Translations under genes and position numbers: made by a program
In this document: positions 52,195 through 64,000 of the stretch, one piece after another
Position numbering within the stretch: the stretch's first letter is position 1
Layout: the number at the start of each line of letters is the position of its first letter
Notes under the pieces: model-generated
The model's database searches: none
What the model saw: only the letters and a program-made list of their open reading frames with translations
What the model was told of the DNA's origin: nothing
Source: Marsupella aquatica
Lineage: Eukaryota; Plantae; Marchantiophyta
Assembly: GCA_973895155.1 (NCBI GenBank)
Contig: OZ316897.1
Span: 584,515-648,514 of the forward strand
Direction: 5' to 3'
Length of the DNA: 64,000 nucleotides

Positions 52195-52620
52195 ATAGCA
52201 CCTCTCTTACCACCTCCGCTCTTAGCACATCCGCTCGCACCTCCGCTCGCACCTCCGCTCGCACCTCTACTCTCAGCACCTCCTTTGGCACCTGAGCCGC
52301 TCTCAGCACCTCCGCTCGCACCTCCGCTCGCACCACCTCCTTTGGCACCTGAGCCGCTCTCAGCACCTCTGCTCGCACCGCCACCCAAACTGAAGCTACG
52401 TAGCAATCCTCAGCAGTGTGTGACAGAAGCACTCCACTCCAGCTCCACTCCGCTCGAGCTCCACTCCAGCTGCTCTCCGCTCGTAGCTCCTCGGCCAGAC
52501 CGGCGGCCAGAGCAGCTCCCAAATTGCAGCTCCTGCCCGCCCACAGCTCCTCCCAGTCCTAGAGCTCGTCGTCCACTGCAGCTCACCTCTCCACTCCGCA
52601 AGCCGGTCGCCCTCTCAGCT
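52195..52620. repeat. GC-rich degenerate 12-bp (GCACCTCCGCTC) tandem repeat
   Basis: Directly visible; produces low-complexity ORFs in several frames. Confidence 0.8.
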
Positions 52621-53753
52621 TGAATGCTCTAGAGCTTTGAAGGTAAACCTTCAAGCTCCAAGCGCAAAACTCCCCTACGCGAAGGAACTGCCCCGATCGC
52701 GAAGCACACTCCCCACTTTGTGAGACCGCGCACAATGTGACGACCTTCAGGCACGACGAATGTCCCCGTAATGGACAAGTGAGTTTTTCTGAAACAAAAC
52801 CCTCCGAGTTCCCACGCACATTGAACTGAACTTTGCACTCTACTGGCGTGTTTAAACCCTAAACAAAACCCGCGCACCCTAAACTCGTGTCCAAAGGCAC
52901 ACTCACGCACAAAGCATACCTTAACACTTAGTGACACTTAGTGAACCAAACCCAATGAGCCTCGACCACTTTGCATTGACATGAGCCATTGATACACATG
53001 TTAGTACCCTAAAGCAAATTGGACACGACACTTTGTGAGCAAAGATTAAATGAACGCAACTGTAACCTCTTAGAACGCAACTGTAAATTAACCCTTACAC
53101 ATGCCACTTAGGGAGGGTGGACAAAGAATGGGGGCCAGACACTACTTTAGCCCTGAATTGAAAATGATATCACCCCAATATTCTTGTCAAAGTTGCCCAT
53201 GAACTCTAAGGAATCCATTGAGCAGCATAAGACTTACTATTATAGAGGCAAGTACTCCCATGCACGTTTAATTAGGCTAGCTAGGATAACTAGCTACAAT
53301 GCTCTTGACATGAAGACATTTAACTAGTTTTGCAACCCTAAACCCCCATTCCTTCTATGTGCACCTAGTGCTCCCGACTCCGCAAGTTGCAAGTCAAGGG
53401 TTGTAAATGGAACATTCCGTGATGTCTAGAGTGCATGTAATCCTTCTTGCACTCTATTTCAGAATGCCGTAATGGAGAGTAGCTTATTCAACTTACATAT
53501 GACTGCCCTACTAGTGTTACAATTGCTACTTTATCAGAAGTTGTAGGAATGACTTTCACAAATATCCCCCAAAAATCAGTTGATAAAATGTAACAACAAT
53601 GACTCCCCTAAACTTGGAGTCATGTATTTTTGAAAGTCTCCCTAAAGTCACAAAGCATAGGGTCTCAAAAGGGGACGTTTTCTTCTAGTGGCTATATCCC
53701 CCTGCCACGGGGTCTTTCGTGGTTATAGTAATAAAAGAAAACAAACTTCAAGG

Positions 53754-56700
53754 AAATGTTGTCTTCTTCAGCCTTCACAGCAAAATAGTCACCCACTTCA
53801 ACTAGATCACCAATGTAGCCCTCGTAATCACAGGTCTCACTATCCAACCCGCCACCCATGTCTTCAATAATGGATGCAATCTCTTCAGCATTTTTGGGGT
53901 ACACATAATCTACCTCCCACGGTAGAACATGAGCCTGATTTTCACAGAGTTCTTGACTTTCTGGATGAAGTGCACAGTTGATGCAGAAGCAAGCCAATTC
54001 TCTACATTTTAGCATCATGGGATTGTCAGGGCTATATCCCAAAAAGCAATGCTTTTGTCTCACACCTTTGATAGGCAAACATTCTAGGCCTGAACTCCGC
54101 TCCACCTCTTGCACACCGACCTCCCAGAAAAAATGCCTCACACCCTGCTTCTTGTCATACTCCATTTGCTTTCCTAGGCAAAACCGTTCCTTAAGAAACT
54201 CGACCACATCCTTGGCACCCTCCATTGGATGCCCTCCTTCTTTCCGCAACTGCTCCTTTCGAAGAGCTTGCTTCACCCCACCTCCTAGTCCATCCTGTGG
54301 AAGCAAGCATACAACAAAAATGCATCAAATCCTGCACGCTAAAAACTTCAAAGCTATCGCATAAATCAGCACGTAAAAATGTAACACTATTACATACTAT
54401 AGACAATGAAGCAAAAAAAGGGTCTGGCAAGTAATTACTTGTACACCTTTCCCATGCCCCGAGGCATGGAAACACCACATTAGTGGGACCCCATAGTCAT
54501 GATTGTATTTTGCCACATAGGAAAAAGGGCGGCAAGCTTTAAATTGTGCTGCACACTCGTCTGACCACATAATGTGATTGTCTACAAAAATCTCTTTCTC
54601 TTTCATCCACTTCCAATGGAAATCCAAGCTGTGTTGCACAAAGAAGGTATCATGGCTATTGTCATCTGAAATAAAGAAGTGGTAATCAGCCTCAATAAAT
54701 CTGGTGATCCTCTGGCCCATTTTGTTGTACACCACAGGATCCTCCTCCTCCTTGTCATACTGGTGCCGGTAGGTGATCAGAACAAGAATAGTGACCTGTC
54801 TATTATCCCAGTGAAGGGATTGTACCTCATCTTGCGTTGCAAACGTGTAGTTCTCTGCAAAGTCAATTGAACTCACTATGGTGCCTTTAGGAAAGGACTT
54901 GAGACAATTCTGGTACTGCTCAGCTTGCCATCTAGCATAGAAGTCATGTTTTATAAACGTTTCTATAGTAGCTGTTACTTTTTCCATAAACACCACCATT
55001 GAGGTGACTTTAGTTACTAATCTAAGCCTCTTTCTAACCTTGGAAATCTCTGCATCATCACGATTCTGGACTTTCTTCTTTTTGGCACTCTTTGGCTTTG
55101 GTAAATCATCCAGGTTAACATACTCATATGTTTGCCACACCACAAACTCATCCTCTTCATCCACTCTTTCCTCCCACGGACACAACTCTAACAACCCTGG
55201 CCCACAGATCTCACAACTACCTAGTAAACAATCCCTTTTGTGCCAAAGATCATCCTCTCCTTTCTTACATAAGGTCTGTGCGCACCACTCTCTCACAGAG
55301 CATTGTGTATACTTGTGAGCTTTGCAGGGTTCATCATAACTATTCAGACTCACATGAGTAGTGGTACTGCAAGTACCGTCGACAACAATACCATCAATAC
55401 CCACAGGATGTTGAGCTTGTCGTTGCTTGGCAAAGGCTTTGCAAAGTAGGTGCATCTCAACATGTTGCTTACAACAACAGACATCCCTATCTTTCATTGT
55501 ACGTATGAAGTAAGGTTTGAGGGCTTGAAAAGATCGCAAACCGATAGTGTAAGCTTTATGTTCTTTCTTCAGCCATTCCTGGAACTTGAAAAAATACTCT
55601 GCCTGTCACCATGTGCAACATAAGTGAACAAAATGAGTAGTGCACAAAATAAACCAATATTGATTACAGACTTGCACTACTACACTTGCAAACTTACTAC
55701 ACGATTAGAAATGAGATGCACTACTACATAATTAGCAATTACCTCAGTATCCTCAAGGCGGTGAGTCCTGTGCTCCACATATTCATTCTTTGCAATCCTT
55801 TTTCGTACAAAATCCTTCTTGCCTGGATCAGGCCTCGTAAGCGCCTCCCAGAACCACGCAACATCACCTCGAATCTCCAGAGAAAGGCGATCACTCCTTT
55901 CCTTTCGCTGACCCATTGGAAAACGCAGTGTTGCATCACCATCTAGCAGAATTCTTTTCTTACTAGCAGCATACACAGATGCTCTTTTGATACACAATGC
56001 TCGAGCAAGAGAAGATTGGTATCTTGTATCCACAATCTTGGGACCTATAAAAGAAGATAGTAGAATATCTTTGGCTGCTTTATGATCTTTACGCCTTGCA
56101 TACTTGACTGTTTTCAAAGTGTTCTTTATATCATCGATAGCTGTACTCCATGACAGATCCGCTTTAGGGCAGCCTAGTGAAGTGGGGTGCAATTGAACCA
56201 TTCCCTTATGAGTCCAGAAACGCTCCATGATGATCTTCTTAGCAGCAAAATTATGTCGTCTTGTTAATTCGGAAAAGTGCTTTACCATCCCAGTGACAAC
56301 TTGGGTCTGGCTATGGACACTTCTGTTTGGGATATCAGAGGCATCATAATTCTCGATTACCTCACCAAGTAGACACCGCTTCCTCAAACGAGACTTTTGT
56401 TGTCTCCTTCTAGCTGATGCACGCATAGCCTCTTGAGTTGCCACCCCTGTTGCATCTCCAAAAGACTGATCATTTGCACTGCACTCCTCCGCTGATCTCA
56501 ACCTGGACTCCAAATCAATAGTTTGATTCTGCAAGTCATGAATTTGGTATTCCAAAGTTGCAAACTCCCCAGCCAATTGTAGCCGAATTTCATCCTTGAA
56601 GTTGTCAGCCTGCTCTCTTGCATTAGCAAGCAGCTTCTCTGCCTCTATTGCAGCCTCTCGTCCAGCCTGAACAAGCAGCTTCTCCGCCTCTATGGTAGCC

Positions 56701-56951
56701 TTGTGTTTAGCTTGAGCAATCAACTGCTCTACCTCTATTGCAGCCTTGTGTCTAGCCTTAGCAAGCAACTTCTCGGCCTCTATGGCAGCCTCCTGAATCA
56801 CCAGCTTCTCTGCCTGCCCCTGAGCATCTTGTAAAGTTTCTTTGGCATGTGTTCTTACTGCATTCACTGCTTGCCCTGCCCTACGCTCTCTTCTCTTAAA
56901 ATTTTGTCGGTCTCTTTTGGCTTTCGCTGCTTCATCCCAAACACTACTCAT
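53754..56951 (-). pseudogene. Inner Sola2-like transposase (exons ~56951-55743, 55602-54439, 54294-53754; continues at 45633)
   Basis: N-terminal coiled coil, Cys clusters (DVCCCKQH, CLLGSCEICG), putative catalytic triad SIDFAENY / WSDECAAQFK / GHGKGVQ|DGLGGGVK, and CRELACFCINC. Interrupted by the 8.1-kb insert. Confidence 0.85.
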
Positions 56952-57289
56952 GATGTTGGGTTAACACCATGAGATCATGTGTGAGGGTAGAGATTCACCC
57001 TACTTCAACCGCCCTTGAGCTACAATGTTTGTTCTCCTAAACATAGAGTAATGCCACAGAGTAATGAAGGTCTAAACGTAGAGTAATGCCGCAGCTTCCT
57101 GTCGCAGAGTAAGGAACATTCGCTACGAGGTCAGATGTTTACAGTCCTTAATATCCCTTAGACCACAATGCATGGCAATGCGACGCAAAACGCAACATTG
57201 AAGCTCCAAATAGGAGCAAAAGAAGGTGAATGTCGAACACGAAAAGGACAAGGTAACACAAAAGTTCTGCAACGCGATGTCCGCGCTGG

Positions 57290-57500
57290 TTTCTCTCAAT
57301 GTCTGGGCTTGTTTCTTGCAAGAAAAACTTACAAGTATAGTGCGTCTGTGAGTACCACTAAATTTCTGCAACATACGCAATGTTTGGGCTTGTTTCTCGC
57401 AAGAAAAACTTACTTGGTATAGTGCATCCGTGAGTACCACCAAATTTCTGCATCGCAATGTCGGGGCAGCTTGTTTCCCTCAAGAAAAACTTACTCAAGA
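57290..57500. repeat. ~72-bp tandem repeats upstream of the Sola-like transposase (also ~10990-11210)
   Basis: tgggcttgtttcttgcaagaaaaacttac...gtgagtaccac.aaatttctgca repeated 2-3 times. Confidence 0.75.
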
Positions 57501-57917
57501 TTAAGAAAAACTTACAGCTGTAGTGCGTCCATGAGTATATGACATGTAACGATGTTTGTAGAAGGACTCACGACCTAACGCGCCATGTACAATGGACTTG
57601 GGAACTTGCATAGAGTTCAAACCATAGGGTCAACACGAGTTACGAGGTACTTGAATTCCAAGAAAGTACTACTTAAGCTTAGTACCTTAAGTGACAATGT
57701 CGGCTGTGGGTAGTGAAGGGCAACACCAAGGAAATCATCACCTTTACTTCTTGGGCTACACAGTAATGCTTGTCTAATCTTGGCCACCCATTCAGATACA
57801 TCTGAGCCCTTCCATGGTCCTTTTTGGTCCTTGTACATTTCAAGTACCATCCTCTATGGTATTTGAAATGTGACATTTGTGACATCAAATAATACCCCCT
57901 CTAGCTTGCTGTTGGCC

Positions 57918-60336
57918 CTAGAGGATACTGAGGTAAATGACACTGCTCATTAATTTTGTCATGGGATTTGTCAGATTACAATTCTTTGACCACAGTATCT
58001 CTTGACGAGAGAGTTTACCTACAATAGGAACTGCACAATTTTTTGTTTCTCTTTTAAAGTAGTGATAGAAGTTGGTTCACATGCATGTTGAATTGATGTT
58101 TTCTAGCTTGCCATGGATTTTCTCAGGTGGAGTACTTCTTCAAGTTCCGAGATTGGTTGGAGAGTGAAGGGAAACGCTACACTATTGGATTGAGATCCTT
58201 TCAAGCAATGAAGCCTTATTTCATTCGTACTATGAAGGATCAAAATGTTTGTTGTTGTAAGCAACACGTCAAAATGCAACTGATCTGTAAAGCCTTTTTC
58301 AAGCAACGACAGACTTTGCATCCTACCAACTGCAATTGTAGTTGTGATGTTTGTATCCCTCAACTTGTCTGCTTGGCCCTGTTGAAAGAAATGGAACACC
58401 TCCGGTTATAGATCCACCTGTAGAAGAGCCTATAACTTGCAAAGCCCATAAATGCTCACTACCTTCTACAAGAGCATGGTGTGCTAGTGCTTTATGCATG
58501 AAAGCAGAAATTGATGACCGTTGGTACAAAAGAAAGTGCTTGGTGGGTCTTTGTGAAGATTGTGGGCCTGGCGGATTGGAATTGTGTCCATGGGAGGAGA
58601 TGTTTGATCTTGAGGCATGTGTTACTTGGGAAACTTATGAGTATGTGGTGCTCGATGATTTACCACAGCCGCACAGAAGGAAAAAGAAAGTACAGGCAGC
58701 TGATGATGGGCAACCAGCAAAACCTAAGAAGAGCCTCCGATTGGTGAAGAAAACCACATCAATGCGAGTTTTCCTGGAGAAGGTATACAGTACTGTGGAG
58801 GCTTTCTATGCAAGATGGCAAGGAGAACAATATCAGAATTGTTTGAAGACATTTCAAAAGGGTACAGTCGTTTCCTCAATAGATTTTGCTGAGAATTACA
58901 CTTTTGCAGTACAAGATGAGGTCCAGAGTCTTCACTGGGATAATCGTCAGATTACAATACTTGTGTTGATCACATACCGTCATCAGCATGATAAGGAGGA
59001 GGATGACCCCATTGTGTATGACTCCCATGGTAAATGAATTACCAGGTTCATTGAAGCTGATTACCACTTTTTCATTTCCGACGACAATAGTCATGACACC
59101 TTTTTTGTCCAACATTGCTTGGACTTTCATTGGGGCTGGATGCAAGAGCAAGGTTTCCTTGTCAACAACCATATCATGTGGTCTGATGGGTGTGCAGCCC
59201 AATTCAAGGCTTGTCGACCGTTCTCATATGTAGCCAAGTACTACAATGAATACGGAGCAAGGATGATGTGGTGTTTTCATGCCTCAGGGCATGGGAAAGG
59301 AGTACAGGTATATGTTGCATTCTTTGACTACAATTTTGAGCTGTGTTTTATGCATGCATGCACTCTACTATGCTTGCAATCATTTTCAATTAAATTGTAC
59401 ATGCATTTTACTTTTCTCTAGTGTGCATAATATCTTACTATGATTGTTTGTACTATCATATGTACTTATTTCATTCCATAGGATGGTCTTGGAGGTGGAG
59501 TGAAGAGTGCCCTTTGAAAGGAGCAATTACGAACAGAAGGAGGGCATCCAATGGAGGGTGCAAAGGATGTTGTGGCATTCTTGAAAGAACGCTTTTGCCT
59601 GGAGAAGGAAAGGGAGTATGATAAGAAACAAGGAGTTTGACGTTTCTTCTGGGAGATAGGAGTGCAAGAAGTTCAGAGAATTCAGGCAAATGAATGCTTG
59701 CCTATCAAGGGTATTAGGCAGATGCACTGTTTTCTGGGGTACAGCAAGGAGAATCCGATGATGTTGAAATGTCGTGAGCTGGCATGTTTTTGTGAGGATT
59801 GTGTGGTTGATGCAGAGAATCATAGCAATTGCGAGAATCAAGCATGGGTCAACCCATGGGATGTTGACCATGTGTTTCCACTGCAGCCAATTGAGATTGC
59901 TAGTATTATTCAAGACATGCATGATGGCCTAGATGCTAACAATTGTGACAGTTATGAAAATTACCTTGGAGATCTGGTCGACGTTGGTGACTACTTTGCT
60001 GTTCTGGCTGAGGAAGGGAACATTTGGCATGCAGAATTTTATATTTTGCTGTGCACAAAGTCGGCTGCTATTGTTGAAGCAGACTTCACTGATGATTATG
60101 GTGCAAAGTTCTTGATTGGTGATAGAGTGTTGGCTGGCACGTGGTATCAACAGTATGGCAGGGTATTGGATTATTGCTTTGTTAGATATGAGAAGGCTAG
60201 CTTGAGTTATGTGGATGTGTCCTCTGTGGTACACATCAAATTTGGCCTTGTACCAACAAAGGTTGTGAGCGGTTCACGAGGATTCAAACTTTCACCCAGC
60301 ACCCTAGATGCAATTTTGTGTTCAACAGAAAGGTAG
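57918..60336 (+). pseudogene. Outer Sola2-like transposase, 3' part (LEDTE, intron, catalytic core, C-terminus)
   Basis: Resumes CTAGAGGATACTGAG|GT. Motifs SSIDFAENY..QDEVQSLHW, WSDGCAAQFK, FHASGHGKGVQ|DGLGGGVK, CRELACFCEDC. Several CGA-to-TGA-type stops and a frameshift near 58365. Confidence 0.85.
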
Positions 60337-60639
60337 TCATTCTGAATGATGTATGATTTCAATTTTCATTGTATGATTTCAATTCTGAAGGGTTTATAAT
60401 ATGTACAATTTAATACTAGTTTAGTAATTGGTCCTTTGAGTTGAAGTACAGTTCAGACCAGTTTAGCATCTAATGCGAGTGCATTTGTTGACTTCAGGGC
60501 AAATCCTTCAATGAGTACAATGAATTTGTATGGGTAAGATCACCCGCAATTCTCAAGGACAGGTAAACACACAAGATTCATAGTTTGACCTCATTATATA
60601 ATACTTGGTTTCTTTGTCATTACTATTTGCGTCTTACCC

Positions 60640-61110
60640 AATACCTAGTCTGTAGTACTTAACACTTCTACAGTACTCATAACCCAAATCCTTCTTCAAT
60701 TCATAATACTTTAATTAGAGTATTTGTCAATACCACTCAAGAATGCATAATACCACTTAAGTAGTACCCTAATACCAATTTGTAATACTAATACTCTATA
60801 GTACCTAGTGAGGTACCTAGCTGTACTAAAACAATACTCGCTAATACTTTCAATACCTATTCAGTAATACTTAATACTCAATAATACTTTCAATACATAA
60901 TACTACATAATACCATAAATACCTAATACCGTAAATACCTAATACCATAATACCTAATACCATAAATACCTAATACCATAAATACCCAATACTATGCAAT
61001 ATTGTATAGTACTACTAATACCAAACACTCTATAATACGTACTAATACTTCCAAGTACCTAGCATTTGGGTAATACTAATACTTTGTAATACCCAGTACC
61101 TAGTATTGTG
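60640..61110. repeat. AATACC/AGTAC-based degenerate minisatellite downstream of the outer transposase
   Basis: taataccataaatacc units; same position in the element as the 37860-44900 array. Confidence 0.7.
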
Positions 61111-62532
61111 TAATGTTTACCAGGATTGGGTTATGAAGTATAGAATCCAGTGTGATTGATACAATTTATATGGGCATTAGCTGTTGATAAAATTTTGATG
61201 GATGGTTGCACTTGTTTCTCTTACCATGCAGGTGATGAGTCCCTCTTTGTAATTTTGCTTGGATGCAAGATACAAGGATAGAGTTGTTGTAGTAGCCAGA
61301 AATAGACTAGGGAAGTTCACAAGACCAAAGTTGAAGCTCGGCTTAGATTTCACAGTTAGTTTAGTGACATACGTAGTCAATGTAGTGAACCACTGTCACA
61401 GTACAAGCATGTTGTCAATGGAAGCTTACGTTTCCTTGCCTTGAAAAATTCATAAACGCATTGAAATTGAAACACGTTGAATCTTGCGTAATATCAAAAT
61501 ATCTTTCATTGGAACGATGGAATGAGTGTATGTTAAAGTTATTCTCTAGTCACGATCAATGGAATTAATGAGTGTGTCCAACTTCTTGTATGGCAGTGGC
61601 AGAATGATTCATCCTTGCATGGGATGAAGTGAAGGATATGTCCATTCATGGACCCATATTGTTGTTCGTACAGCTCATGCTGTCTTTTGAGATCTGCCTT
61701 TGTTTGATTTCTTTATTTCAATCATCAAAAGAGGAGCATGATTGTTTCATAGTATCAGTGTGTACACTCATTCACTTTATTTGTCCTAAGTGAGTGTATA
61801 TACTGAAATCACTTAGAGCATGAATGGCATTTTCTATTCCAAGGTTAACTTTGTACTATGATCCATTGAACTGTTGGGCCTGTAGACTTTAGTTTCCATC
61901 TCCGCATGTTAAAAAAACTACTCGCAATTTGTCAAATAGGCAGCTCTATTTCTCTTTTGTTCCTAACACACATCAAGATTTGTGCTCCTTCTATGAGAAA
62001 TCCTCTATCACTCATGTATTTAAGGCTTGCTACACAAGTCTTACAAAGTCCTTTAGTTGGTCCAAAAAGACAGCTGGTATTGTACATAGGTCGTTCCATA
62101 GGAGAATAGGCTAATGTCATGTATGCTATAATTCAACGGCAATGAAGACAAAGGTGCGCAAAAGCTTGGCAATGTGGCCCATATGTGGTTTGTACACAAT
62201 CACTCAATTTATTTAATGTGCAAGCTGGACTTTAGCTTTGTACAGTGCATCCAGTACCCACAGGATACAAAATTGATTGATTGTAACTAATCCAAGCAGA
62301 AATAGAGAGAACCACACTGAACTATTGGGCCTGTAGAAAAATCTGGCCACAAAATCTGCATGCAAAAACACTACTGCAAAAACTGCAGCTTCGTCTCTAC
62401 AAAAACGTTCTCCTCAGATCAACTCATTCCTAATCTAAAACCGCATGCAGAAACACTACTGCAAAAATTGCAAAAACTGCAACTCTATCTCTACAAGTCC
62501 CAAAACATTCTCCTAAGATGACCTCATTCCTA

Positions 62533-62629
62533 ATCTAAACCTTGATGACGAAGTGCAACTAAAATACCCTCCATTTGGTCCAAAAGGACAGATCCTCTTG
62601 GTACGAGGGATCGTTCCACATTGGTGGAC
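62533..62629 (-). pseudogene. 3' end of the OB-fold cargo gene of the outer element, cut by an LTR
   Basis: Reverse complement of ~36358-36457 with few mismatches. Homology of the downstream non-coding DNA extends to ~61680. Confidence 0.8.
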
Positions 62630-64000
62630 TGTCACTTGCCTATCCAACGATTAATGCGTGCAAACCGTACTTTTCCTTGCTTAAACCGTTGGTATCGTAT
62701 TACGGGGTCGTGGAGGGACGCTATTTGGAGGATTTCCACACCTAAGGATGAGTATGTTTGATTCCGCTCCCGAAAGTGTACTTTTTGATCAAGTCTACCG
62801 ACTGGTCTCTCCGTTTTTGATCAAGTCCAAGGGACTGGTCCTACCATCTACAACTCATGCCCACCGGGTGAGTGCTGTCACCACCCCCCTCCTCTTTTGG
62901 ACATGCATACCAACATTTACAATAAGATTTGAACACTAGTGACAAGGGCAAATGTTTCCACAATGACACCGACCACACACACTAGGGGAGGAAAACAAAC
63001 AACACAAGCAACAACAAGTGACACACAAAATATTGGAACCTCAAGCCAAATCCATATCTCTTGGTGTTTCCCGTAACACATGCAAGGACAACCCGGCCTC
63101 CTGCCGTCTGCCCAACTCCTGCCTCACGGGGACAAGTGCTACGTTCTCCACCTCACTACTCTGGCTTGAACTTCTCCTAATCGGTGCGCTACTCATAAAA
63201 GCTACTCCAAAGCATCCAAGTACTACGCTGAGTTCCCCCCCTTACTACTCTGGGGCTCTCCCCCTAAATACCAAAAAACACACCAAAGCACCCCTCACGG
63301 GGCCACAACGATGGCGGCTTACCCTAGCGGCGCCGCTAAACCCTTCACTAAGAAACCCCTAAACTAAAACCATGCGGCACACACATGCGTCTAAAAACCC
63401 TAAACCCTAAACTAACAATGGGGCCGACGGTGCCTTCGACGGTGCCCCAACGTTACTCCGTGAACCGTGAAATTGCAAGGAACCCCACCATGGCCGAAAC
63501 TAGGCGCCCCTCCATTTGCACTTCTGAGTTCACCCCTGGATAGTTCTCCTCCTCCTGATCACGAATCACTCAACCGCTCTCTAACCGGACATTGGACGAC
63601 CAAGTTATGACCGTTTCCGTATCCCGTAAACACAACTTCGCCGGGCCATAACCTGCTCATCCTGGCTCCGTTTGAGGAGCGCCGCCTCTTGTTGGAATCA
63701 GCTCCGCGAGCTCTTTCCAACAAGCCCGTGAGTGACCCCTCAAAAAAAAGTTGGAAAGTCCAGGGGCCGTACAACCACGTCCGTACGACCACTCTAATCC
63801 TCTTCCTCTTCACTCACGGTGCCCTGGCTTGAGCCCCGTGAGTGGGCCTCCTCATCACTCTCCACTGGAGTGAGTGCCACTTCACTTCTCTTCTTCTTTA
63901 CCGGGGTACTCCTTGTGCTAGTGCTCCCCTGCTTTCTCAAATTGGCCAAGGCCTGCCACGCTTTAATGTACCCCTCACCAATGGTGTCCTTCCATAGGGT
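62630..64000. mobile_element. Probable LTR of another retrotransposon (runs out of the window)
   Basis: Homology to the OB-fold gene stops exactly at TGTCAC (62630), followed by non-coding, LTR-like sequence. Confidence 0.65.

Larger units (their letters stand above)
45648..53753 (-). mobile_element. 8,106-bp insert flanked by a 14-bp direct repeat; contains one CACTA end and captured genes
   Basis: AAATGTTGTCTTCT at 45634-45647 and 53754-53767. No paired TIRs or poly(A). GTTTTCTTCTAGTG at 53677-53690 is the exact reverse complement of the CACTA TIR at 18533. Confidence 0.82.
31499..57917 (-). mobile_element. Complete inner Sola2-like cargo transposon (26,419 bp; ~11.8 kb without nested inserts)
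   Basis: 33-bp TIRs GGCCAAAAGCAAGCTAGAGGGGGTCTAATTTGA and GGCCAACAGCAAGCTAGAGGGGGTATTATTTGA (3 mismatches). 4-bp TSD CTAG (31495-98 and 57918-21). Excision restores HWLEDTE in the host transposase. Confidence 0.93.
18231..62629 (+). mobile_element. Outer, diverged Sola2-like element (left TIR at 18231; right end beyond the window), hosting nested insertions
   Basis: GGCTCAAAGCAAGCTATACTGGGTATTATTTG at 18231 is a TIR variant. 18270-18380 is homologous to the subterminal region 11470-11575 (reverse complement). Transposase is split at 31498/57918. OB-fold cargo homology at ~61680-62629. Confidence 0.78.

Noticed and set aside
52098-52623. Gly/Ala- or Pro-rich ORFs
   Set aside because: They are low-complexity products of a GC-rich tandem repeat, open in several frames.
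18533-53690. Pairing the CACTA TIR at 18533 with the perfect inverted match at 53690 as one 35-kb element
   Set aside because: Flanks differ (TAT vs GCT). 18533 pairs with 29766 via TSD TAT, and 53690 lies inside separately bounded nested inserts.
53685-53725. Helitron 3' end (CCACG...CGTGG hairpin followed by CTAG on the minus strand)
   Set aside because: CTAG is followed by A rather than T, Helitrons make no TSD, and the CTAG is part of a 14/14 CACTA TIR match.

Overview
This is plant (probably non-seed land plant) heterochromatic DNA with no intact host gene. The whole 64 kb is a nest of transposons, and most junctions can be read from terminal repeats and target-site duplications (TSDs). 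(1) A CACTA/EnSpm element runs from before position 1 to 7659. Its intron-containing transposase gene contains a SET-domain exon, and a 2,044-bp solo LTR interrupts it. (2) A Ty3/Gypsy-like pol remnant (11612-~14416) has an aspartic protease followed by a DNMT3-type C5 cytosine methyltransferase. (3) There are three members of a cargo-carrying TIR DNA-transposon family with a Sola2-like DDD transposase, ~33-bp TIRs (GGCCAAAAGCAAGCTAGAGGGGGT...) and a 4-bp TSD. One is complete (31499-57917, about 11.8 kb after removing nested inserts) and sits inside the transposase of a diverged relative (18231 to beyond 62629). Its cargo is a coiled-coil/RING-H2 gene and an RPA1-C-like OB-fold gene. (4) An 11.2-kb non-autonomous CACTA (18533-29766) holds a ~705-bp tandem array and an enoyl-ACP reductase fragment. 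(5) A young Ty1/Copia spans 38061-44556. (6) An 8.1-kb insert with a 14-bp duplication (45648-53753) carries EDM2-type PHD fingers, tandem BRCT domains, an RPL18a exon and one CACTA end. The recurring theme is that unrelated transposon classes carry chromatin writer/reader and DNA-repair-type domains. Family assignments rest on motif recognition by eye, not database searches.
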